A stretch of 63,950 bases of DNA, counting the filler, from Collodictyon triciliatum (Eukaryota), in assembly GCA_043381765.1 (NCBI GenBank). It is 21 parts of 21 records of this genome, joined end to end, with 100 filler letters (N's around TTAATTAATTAA, not from the genome) between each part and the next. Parts side by side here need not be neighbours in the genome. Positions count along the whole stretch, not along the records: positions 54,593 to 59,498 come from JBHJMP010007917.1; positions 59,599 to 62,615 come from JBHJMP010007918.1; positions 62,716 to 63,950 come from JBHJMP010008087.1; 18 more parts are not named here. One strand, written 5' to 3'. Below the pieces are notes generated by a model, which saw nothing but the letters and a program-made list of their open reading frames with translations, ran no database searches and was not told the origin of the DNA. This document shows positions 55,552 to 63,950 of the stretch, piece by piece; the first letter of the stretch is position 1, and every line of letters begins with the position of its first letter. Both the position numbers and the translations under genes were made by a program.

Positions 55552-57468
55552 ATGGGTTTTTTCATTACAGAAGAAAAGGAACTACCGGAATTTTCAAATA
55601 CAGACGCCAACAAAGTACTTAAAGTAGATCCAAGCGGGGTATATTTACAGTGGCTGCAGGAGACGACGACACCGGCAGAGTTGCCTCCAGTAATTCCTAG
55701 CGGCTTTCTTAGAACAACCAACTCGGCAGTTCAATGGCAGGCATTCACTTCTTCAACTACTAATTTTTTGAGAGCAGACGGCACCTTCAATACTGTGAGG
55801 CAAACTCCGGCAAGTGGCACAGCGGGCAACGTTCTCCGGTCAACTGGAGGAAATGGAACAGAATGGAATGGTAATCTTGCACTTAATGCTACAAATACAA
55901 CATTGACACAACCGCTACAAGCAGCAGACGGGTCAACTGCAGCCCCTTCTTATAGTTTTACAAATTCAACAAATTCTGGTTTGATAAGAACACTTGTAGG
56001 AACTGACATTGGGATCGGCTTTGTGGCAGCGGGTACACAGGTTTGCTCTATTGTAGGCGGCAATATCCGCTTAAGAGGGGGTGCATTATTTAGAAACAAC
56101 GTCTCTAATCCATCTGCAAATATTCAGTTCATTGGGTCTACTGGAGGCGCAACCGGGCACATACAGATGTCTTTTGTTGACAATAGTTCAGATATTGTGA
56201 ACACAGCAACATATCGACTTGGAAACGGGGACAATTTTCAAGCAACAGAGACAGTGATGAGCAGATTAAGAACCACTGGAACAAATGAAATTTTTGTAAC
56301 AGAGCACGGTAACACGTACTTTAGATTTTTAGGGGCAACAGGCACGGGTGCTACTTTACCAACAAGAGTGCAACGGGTTGAAATTAATAATTCAGGTATG
56401 ATAATTTCGGGTACTTTAGATTTAGGGTCATCTGGGACAGCCGCAAATCCTTCATTGACGTTTGGAGACACATTACCAAATAGGAGTGGTATTTATTCAA
56501 CGGCAGATAATTCATTGGCAATAAGTACAAACGGTGTTCAAAGATTTGCGGTAAATGATAATGGCGTGAATAGTGAAAGTCGTTTTATAGCCTCTAGAGG
56601 TGTCGCAATTACTAACGGATACTCCTTCAACGGTACGGACATTTCAGGGCTATATGCGAGTACTAGTGACAGAACAATGCATTTAATTAGTAATTCTGTT
56701 ATTGTATTGAGTGTGCTGAATACAGGTGGTACGGGCGGCACCGGTGGGACTAGTACAACAACAATTGGTGCCACCACTGGGACTAGTACAACGACAATCA
56801 ACGGAAATTTAACAGTTACTGGGAACATTACAGGAACAATTAATTTTCCTAGTAACACTATAAACGTCCTACATGTACAATTTGGAGGCACAGGAGCAAG
56901 CATAACCGGGGCTAATTCCGGTGTAAATTCTTCGGTTAATATACAAACCGAACAAATAAATCGAGTTAATGTAAAATCAAATGACACAGAAATTACAAAT
57001 AGTTTAAATATCAGTAGAGGAATCATATCACCTTATTTAATAATTAACGAACAAACTCATACAGTATCAAGAAATACCCCAGCAAATGTAATATTAACCA
57101 GATCTACTGCTGCAAACGCTGCTAATGCCGCATTAGTTCTGCCCGCACCAGCTGATGTCCCATTAGGATTTGGATTTCGCTTATACATATTTAATTTACC
57201 TGGAAGTACAATTTTTACAAACGATGTAGCTATTAGACCAGAACCTGCATCTAATCGTCCACTCATATTTACAACTTCAACCAATATAAGATATTTTGAA
57301 GGTAATGTAACACATTTATTTGGTTCAACGACAGTTCGATATATGGTACTAGATATTTACAATATGAGAGATTGGACATCAGGTAAGTCTAGATGGCTTG
57401 TAACCCCGTTAAACCAATGGGTTGAATCAGACCCAGCAACTATTTTATGGCTTGGAAATGACAACTAA
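55552..57468 (+). CDS. Virion fiber/tail-fiber-like protein, 638 aa
   Basis: G/T/N/S-rich. N-terminal LP...DANKVLKVDPSG..LQW and GNVLRSTGG.GTEW units; repeats DGSTAAPSYSF...SGL and SGTAANPSLTF...SGIYS...LAISTNGVQRF; INGNLTVTGNI beta-repeats; 14 bp downstream of the penton. Confidence 0.78.
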   Translation: MGFFITEEKELPEFSNTDANKVLKVDPSGVYLQWLQETTTPAELPPVIPSGFLRTTNSAVQWQAFTSSTTNFLRADGTFNTVRQTPASGTAGNVLRSTGGNGTEWNGNLALNATNTTLTQPLQAADGSTAAPSYSFTNSTNSGLIRTLVGTDIGIGFVAAGTQVCSIVGGNIRLRGGALFRNNVSNPSANIQFIGSTGGATGHIQMSFVDNSSDIVNTATYRLGNGDNFQATETVMSRLRTTGTNEIFVTEHGNTYFRFLGATGTGATLPTRVQRVEINNSGMIISGTLDLGSSGTAANPSLTFGDTLPNRSGIYSTADNSLAISTNGVQRFAVNDNGVNSESRFIASRGVAITNGYSFNGTDISGLYASTSDRTMHLISNSVIVLSVLNTGGTGGTGGTSTTTIGATTGTSTTTINGNLTVTGNITGTINFPSNTINVLHVQFGGTGASITGANSGVNSSVNIQTEQINRVNVKSNDTEITNSLNISRGIISPYLIINEQTHTVSRNTPANVILTRSTAANAANAALVLPAPADVPLGFGFRLYIFNLPGSTIFTNDVAIRPEPASNRPLIFTTSTNIRYFEGNVTHLFGSTTVRYMVLDIYNMRDWTSGKSRWLVTPLNQWVESDPATILWLGNDN

Positions 57469-57498
57469 ACAATTTTTATTAATAGTAAGAATTGTTTA
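57466..57498. terminator. Bidirectional AT-rich hairpin between convergent viral genes
   Basis: TAAACAATTTTTATT-AAT-AGTAAGAATTGTTTA forms 15 pairs (two G-U on the + strand) with a 3-nt loop; the two stop codons form the stem base. Confidence 0.7.
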
Positions 57499-59197
57499 AT
57501 AGATTGCCTGCGAAAGATTCTTGATAGGTGTGCCAAAGACACGCTCTGTGACAGGCCCGTAAGATTTGCGGCCAAATGCACCGGAGCTGACAAAGAACTG
57601 GGCGTCTCTGGCCGAGCCGAATGCGCGCTTCTGGCCCCCGCCGTGGACGACGTAATTGAGCCCCTCTCGTCGGATGGTGTAATTTGATTGGCCCGGAATA
57701 ATGATGGTACCGAGGTCAGAGTTGACGACCCTGCCCAGGTTTTGCTGGGGGAGAAAAGCGACGTTTCTCAGTTTCTGGTCAGTCGTGTCTCCGTATTTCG
57801 GCTTGTACTTGAGAGGCCATGACCCTTCTTTACGGTATGTTTTTAATACCCTGCTTAAATTCTCTCTATCGCGAGCAAAAAACAAGGCTAGTATATCAGT
57901 AAGCGCACTAGTGTCAGGAGTTAAATCGACATATTCAATGCCCATTTTTATTATAGCTTCATCAAAAGTTAATTGAGAATTTATACCATATTCATTGACT
58001 CCTGTTGGATTACCCGCTTCAATCCATCTGGATATTTTTTTAGCAAAGCGTGACTGATTGCCATATTCACGGCTGTCCGACACTTGAGGGCGCATGGTGT
58101 TGAATATTGCCATTTGACTACCGCGTCCACCACCTCCACCTCCACCGCCGCCGCCACCAAATATAGGAGGTCCGCCGCCAGTGACACGAGGGGGACCTCC
58201 GCCAGGACCAAACATTGGAATTGATCCCATATTAGGACTAGGTGTAAAACCTTGCATTAAAGGTGAGCCTCTGTTTCTTGCTGCCATATTATTGCCAACA
58301 TTTAAATTTGTTCCAGGTTGTCGATTAAATACTGGTACTGGTGAAGCTGGTCTAACAAATGGAGCAGCTTGAGCTTGAGTTTGAGCTTGAGCTTGAGCTT
58401 GAGCTTGAGCTTGCAGTCTCTGTAACTCTTGATTTGCGTTATCTAATTCTGCTTGTAGCCTAACTCTTTCTGTATCGTTTAGGGACCTGTTTATTTGATT
58501 TTGTAATTCTTTTATTTGGTTACTCAATTCTATGTTTTTACTTTGTTCCTGATTAGCACGGTTAATAGCTTGTTTTAATCTTACTCCTTTGCCTTTTAGT
58601 GCATTTTCGATGGCAATAGTTGCATTATCAGTCATTTGTTTAATTTCTTCTCTTAATTTTCTTATTTCTTCTTGATTATTGCCGATTTCAGTGCTTTTAT
58701 CTTGGTCGCTTTGTCTTAATATTTGATTACTTGCTATTAATTTTCTGATTTCACTCTCTTTTTGTTGCACTTCTTTTTTGTTTATTGGAGTTTTTGGTGG
58801 GCTCCTTAAAGGCAAATTAGGGTCGTCTGTTTGGGTTGACATTGCCGAAAGTCTTTTTTCTTTTTGTGATTTTACTTTTAGCCTGCCCAATTCATCTTCA
58901 GTTGCTGCCAATTGATTTTGTAGTCGATTGATAAATTCTAAGTTACGTTGTGCATCATAAATTGCATCTCCTTGTGCCTTTGCTAATTCGTCTCGTTGCC
59001 GCGCTGCTTCAAGTTCTGCTGTTTGCCGTTTTCTTTGTTCTTCAAGACTCTTTAAACGTTCAAGTCGAATTTCAAGCTCACTCATTTCAATATCGTCAGT
59101 ATCAGTTTTCTTTTCTTTTCTTATAAGATATGCCAATCGAATCTCTAGATTTTCTGTTTCAAGTGCATCTCTCTCTCTTCTTCAGCATAACGAACAT
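57496..59197 (-). CDS. Viral coiled-coil protein with (AQ)n and poly-Gly linker, about 560 aa; 5' end apparently frameshifted
   Basis: 546-aa ORF with long heptad segments. The frame is open upstream (RRERDALETENLEIRL) to a TGA; the ATG at 59197 is out of frame across a (GA)n run. Confidence 0.7.
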
Positions 59198-59198
59198 A

Positions 59199-59498
59199 TT
59201 ATTCAAATCTATCCTGTAACAATTCCAACTCACTTATATAATCTGGAACATTACTTTGACCGCGTTCAACTACTAATGTTGGGTATATAGATTTAGCAGG
59301 AGTAAATACTTGTGTTGGGTATATAGATCTAGCAGGACTGTATACTTGTGTTCGCACAATTTTAGGGCTTTCATCGGTAAAAAATACTCTGCCACGACTC
59401 ATTGCTTCAGTTTGAACATCTACTTCTAGTGTATCTCTCATTGGTTTTCTCGGAGTTTTATTTTGTACTTGTCTTAACAATTCGTTGTGAGCGTCTAA
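59199..59498 (-). CDS. Viral hypothetical protein, 5' partial, with tandem 12-aa duplication
   Basis: Open to the contig end; TQVYSPARSIYP/TQVFTPAKSIYP. Confidence 0.55.
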   Translation of the reverse strand, partial: LDAHNELLRQVQNKTPRKPMRDTLEVDVQTEAMSRGRVFFTDESPKIVRTQVYSPARSIYPTQVFTPAKSIYPTLVVERGQSNVPDYISELELLQDRFE

Positions 59499-59837
59499 NN
59501 NNNNNNNNNNNNNNNNNNNNNNNNNNNNNNNNNNNNNNNNNNTTAATTAATTAANNNNNNNNNNNNNNNNNNNNNNNNNNNNNNNNNNNNNNNNNNNNAA
59601 AAGAAACAAAAAAAGAAACAAAAAAAGAAACAAAAAAAGAAACAAAAAAAGAAACAAAAAAAGAAACAAAAAAAGAAACAAAAAAGAAACAAAAAAACAA
59701 ACAAAAAAAACAAACAAAAGAAACAAACATACAGCATCGCCCAGGATGCATAGGGCCGAGTCACATTTTCCCATAATTCTCTCATTATAGAGTAGTTCAT
59801 CTGTCGATATACTCAATTAAATGACCGAACACTGTAG

Positions 59838-62187
59838 GATGTTCAAATGTTCTTCACACACCCCCAGCAACTTTTAGATATTTTTGCTGCTTTGGAGGAA
59901 AGCAATCTATTCTTGATTCAAAATAGCCAGGAGACGGAAGAGGCGCTTGAAGAAATAAAACAAAAGTTCTATGACACAAAGGCACAAATGTAATCCCTTT
60001 ATGTTAATTCTTTTCTTGTTTCCTCTTTATTTCATCACAGAGCAACTCTATACCATAATTTTGTGTTTGTAACATTGTGCATCATGAATACAACTAATTT
60101 ATGAGCTCATATTTTATACGCATTTATTCAAGTATTTATGGTAAAAAAAATAATTTAATGTTCTCTTCTGCCAGGGACAAAGAAACCGATATATTGAAAA
60201 CCCAAATAGAACAACTGAAAGATGACATCGCAAAAGAAGAAGAGGCTGCTCGAAATTTAACAGAACGATCAAAGTAATGATTATATCTATATTGTCGGAC
60301 AGTGCTTGATTTTACTCCATGCATACAATAGTTCCTTTTTTCTTCTCTCTCCTGTTATCTTTCTGTTTAATTCCCATGCGCTCCCATCCCGCCCCTTTGT
60401 ATGGCATAANNNNNNNNNNNNNNNNNNNNNNNNNNNNNNNNNNNNNNNNNNNNNNNNNNNNNNNNNNNNNNNNNNNNNNNNNNNNNNNNNNNNNNNNNNN
60501 NNNNNNNNNNNNNNNNNNNNNNNNNNNNNNNNNNNNNNNNNNNNNNNNNNNNNNNNNNNNNNNNNNNNNNNNNNNNNNNNNNNNNNNNNNNNNNNNNNNN
60601 NNNNNNNNNNNNNNNNNNNNNNNNNNNNNNNNNNNNNNNNNNNNNNNNNNNNNNNNNNNNNNNNNNNNNNNNNNNNNNNNNNNNNNNNNNNNNNNNNNNN
60701 NNNNNNNNNNNNNNNNNNNNNNNNNNNNNNNNNNNNNNNNNNNNNNNNNNNNNNNNNNNNNNNNNNNNNNNNNNNNNNNNNNNNNNNNNNNNNNNNNNNN
60801 NNNNNNNNNNNNNNNNNNNNNNGCTGTTTAGAATAACTTCTTCCATGAACCCAGAGGATGTGATTAATGCTGAAAAAGTATGTAATCGCTGCAAGATGCA
60901 GACGAAAGAAACCAATAATATGCGCCAATCCTTTTTTTCTCCGCCCTAATTGAAGCATAATAATATTCAAATACACGAATGAGTCTTCCGTCAGTGCCAC
61001 ACATTATTACTTATATCATTGCCACTTCGACATCGATGCTGAAATGCCCTTAATTTATTGATATATATACATATATACATTCACATATTTAATTTAACCT
61101 GCGTGACATATAACACATTCAAAATATATGTAGTTTAATTATTATAATTATTTTGTATAGTTTTTTATGTTCTGGTGTGTATGAATTGGGAAGCTAAGGC
61201 ACGAAATGATTTAATATGGATATGAACTTGAACAGCCCCACTCAAACTGAGAAAAGAGCAGCATAATATTCCTTGGCAGACATAGTAACACATGACCATC
61301 TTCTCCTTTTTATTTATCCTAATAGAATAAAGAAAAAGCTCGTCGAGAAAGAGTCCGAGGAGAAAAGCTGGAGAAAGAGCGCCGGCTACAGGAAGAGAAA
61401 GTCCAGGCTGCACTCAAGAGATCTCAAGCCCCTGCAGCAAAAAAGGTTGCGGTCACTGGAATCGTGCTTCTCTTTGTCCCTCCTTGTTGTTTATCATATT
61501 TTTTTCTTATTCAGCACTATTTCCTTATTTTTTCCCCCTTTCTGTATATTTAAAGGAAAAAACAACAACAATTCATTCATCGACGAACATGTTTACTTAT
61601 ATAATATTGAATGTTATTTGCTTTGGTTATTATTATTATTATTATTATTATTTTGTCAGCCATTTATTGAAAATCACGATTCATATAGACATATACTCAA
61701 ATATCAAGATATGCGATTACTATTCTGATTCACTACCGCGATATAGACGGGAAAGCCCATAATGTTCCGCTCGCCTCCAAACCCAAAGAAAAAGAAGGAC
61801 AAAGTCGAGGTTTGTTATCTTATTGACTTTTAATGGGTATACAGATAGCCGGAATCTTGATATTAAGGACAGACTTTTTTTTTTTTTTATTGGTATATAA
61901 TATTTCGTCTTATTCTTTCCTCGGGTGTTATGATTCAGATACGTATAACCTTTGACCGCACCTCATTACTTCACACCTACCGAAAATCTTGCCTTTAATA
62001 TTAGGCTGCTCATCTTACATACTTGTGCTTTTTCTGCTTTGTGAGATTATATACTCTATGAGATGTGCTCATTGCGTTTCCCTTTCTTTTGTTTCCTTCG
62101 CGGCGGCCTTAACTAATCATGGTTCGTGGTATCTAGAGCAACAAAAAGAAAGACGAGGAAGACGAGATGAAATCCCTCTTTACTTGA
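59838..62187 (+). CDS. CFAP100: Cilia- and flagella-associated protein 100-like (CCDC37); 3' exons
   Basis: MFFTHPQQLLDIFAALEESNLFLIQNSQETEEALEE, RRLQEEKVQAALKRSQAP.AKK, GKPIMFRSPP, terminal DEEDEMKSLFT*. Confidence 0.85.
60372..60409 (+). mobile_element. Retroposon 3' fragment in a CFAP100 intron, running into an assembly gap
   Basis: Reverse complement of 23207-23244 (first 24 nt identical, 34/38 overall). Confidence 0.6.
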
Positions 62188-63587
62188 GCACACGCGTCCC
62201 TTTCTCTTCCTCCATGTCCACTTTGTCCCAGCCTCACTCGCTCTTCGTCCGGGTCGTCCAACGCACATAAAACCGCCCAACAAAATGCAGCGTGGTTCAG
62301 AATCATGTGTGAACAGAGTCCATTCTCACCTGCCTAGATACCTTTTCTCTTCCTTTTCCTCCTTATCTTTTTTTTTTTCTTCTTTTTTTCTGATTTTCAT
62401 ATTTCATTTCCTTCTTTTCTATTTCTTTCTATTTCTTTCTCTCTTTCCTTCCTTTTCCTTTTCCCTTTTCCTGTTATCTGCTCTTCCTATTGAGACACCC
62501 AAGAGACGGACAGACGGAAAGAGAGAAGAGAGAAGAGAGAAGAGAGAAGAGAGAAGAGAGAAGAGAGAAGAGAGAAGAGAGAAGAGAGAAGAGAGAAGAG
62601 AGAAGAGAGAAGAGANNNNNNNNNNNNNNNNNNNNNNNNNNNNNNNNNNNNNNNNNNNNTTAATTAATTAANNNNNNNNNNNNNNNNNNNNNNNNNNNNN
62701 NNNNNNNNNNNNNNNTTAATAAAAAAAAAACAAAAATAGAAAAAACAAAAAACAAAAAAAAAACAAAAAAAAAACAGAAAAAAACACAACAAACAAACAA
62801 AAAATATAATTACAAAAAAAAAAAAAAAAAAAAAAGGTGCGATGCAGTATCTATTTTACGAAACCATTCACTGACCCCAAGTAACCAACTGCAGCGCACA
62901 TCAGGATCAGTTATACTTAGGTGCCTCAAACAAACCGTGTATATTTTTGCTTACTTAAAAACTAGCACCGAGCATGGGCAATTCATTTAGGAATACAATG
63001 CATAAACCATGTAAAACTCATGGCAAATACACCTCCAACCGCAGTTGTTTACATGGTTGTTCTTTTCAGTAATGCTTCTATTTTCCCTAATTGTAAGTTC
63101 ATAAAAGCTCATTTCATCTGGGTCAATATTGATTGGAAAATATATTCCAGAATAAGAAAAAACAACTAAAGTATCCTTTAACATAATTTGGAGTGTGGGT
63201 TTGTACATATATGATTAATCGACATTTCGTTCCTCACGTCCTTCCGAGAATTTTTTGTTTGTTGATCAGTTACTAGAAGGGGTTTTCTGGTGAACAAAGC
63301 GGGCGGGTGCACGACGGCAACAGATTATTTGTTCGGGTGAGTCACCACTTCCGGCTGGCGCTCGTCTCTCAGCATTCTTTCTCACGCGTGGAAAAGAGAA
63401 TCACGCCCTAAGGCTTTTTTTTTCTGATATTCCTAGTTAGCATGACCACACCTTCTCTTATGATTATTTTAACAGACACCTGTTTTGTAAGTGGATGAAT
63501 AACCTTCAGCGTGGTTTCTTTCTCTTTTTTTCTTTTCTTTCCTTTTTCTTTTCCTCTCGATTGCGACATATCTTTGGCCTTCTGCAG

Positions 63588-63644
63588 TACTTGGCCAAAT
63601 ATTTTTTTTCCTTTATTCGATTCAAAGATACTTGACCAAATATT
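63588..63644 (-). mobile_element. Micro-insertion of retroposon 3' end with 16-bp target-site duplication
   Basis: tacttggccaaatatt [ttttttcctttattcgattcaaaga] tacttgaccaaatatt. Confidence 0.75.
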
Positions 63645-63722
63645 AAAAGCGCTTTGAAGAGTGGACTAGAGAGATTTCGCCTAACGCCATCTTAAGACCC
63701 ACACAGAAAAAACCTGCCAGAA

Positions 63723-63788
63723 ATGAAGATCGTTCTAAAAACCATGCAACGCGAGACTTTTGACATGGAGGTGGAGCCTAACCTTCAG
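63723..63788 (+). CDS. RAD23: RAD23-like UBL protein, first exon
   Basis: MKIVLKTMQRETFDMEVEPNLQ followed by a GT donor resembles the RAD23 ubiquitin-like N-terminus. Confidence 0.65.
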
Positions 63789-63918
63789 GTTCGCTCAACA
63801 ACTCTCAGCCATATGGCTGGGCGTTATGTCCTGATTATCTTATATTGAATACTTGGACCCGATCGCCAATTGTTGCCAAAAAATAAAAAAAATAAAAAAA
63901 ATAAAAAAAATAAAAAAA

Positions 63919-63950
<32 letters not shown>

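Larger units (their letters stand above)
54593..59498. mobile_element. Virus-like segment: probable Polinton-like virus/virophage-related element, partial
   Basis: Intronless genes with 14-35 bp spacers, no long microsatellites at the contig ends unlike most host contigs, and penton-like plus fiber-like genes. Confidence 0.8.

Overview
This window is not one locus. It is 21 short contigs of a eukaryotic draft assembly, joined by 100-nt linkers (N44-TTAATTAATTAA-N44) and mostly 3.02-3.03 kb long in roughly descending order. The host is an AT-rich, intron-rich, microsatellite-laden protist with mitochondria (IMP1, PRELI, ACAA2) and motile flagella (SPAG17/PF6-like, CFAP100-like). Host genes include AP-3 mu, a CAMK-group kinase followed by DIL-like exons, a Kelch protein, a cyclase-TKL kinase, an MLKL-NTD-like protein, an NHL protein, an amino-acid transporter, C1D, a degenerate kinesin, an SMP-domain protein and RAD23. 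The standout is contig 54593-59498, an intronless, gene-dense, virus-like segment. It encodes a penton (minor capsid)-like protein, a 638-aa fiber-like protein, a coiled-coil protein and a small basic protein. A 15-bp hairpin sits exactly between two convergent stop codons, and three apparent lesions suggest a decaying endogenous Polinton-like virus or virophage relative. Also notable: a 3-kb ORF of 18-aa repeats with TxT/SxS motifs, a dispersed non-LTR retroposon 3' end with target-site duplications, a kinase pseudogene, and abrupt G-to-C skew flips inside two GC-rich genes. All family calls are by motif recognition only, no searches were run, and exon limits are approximate.
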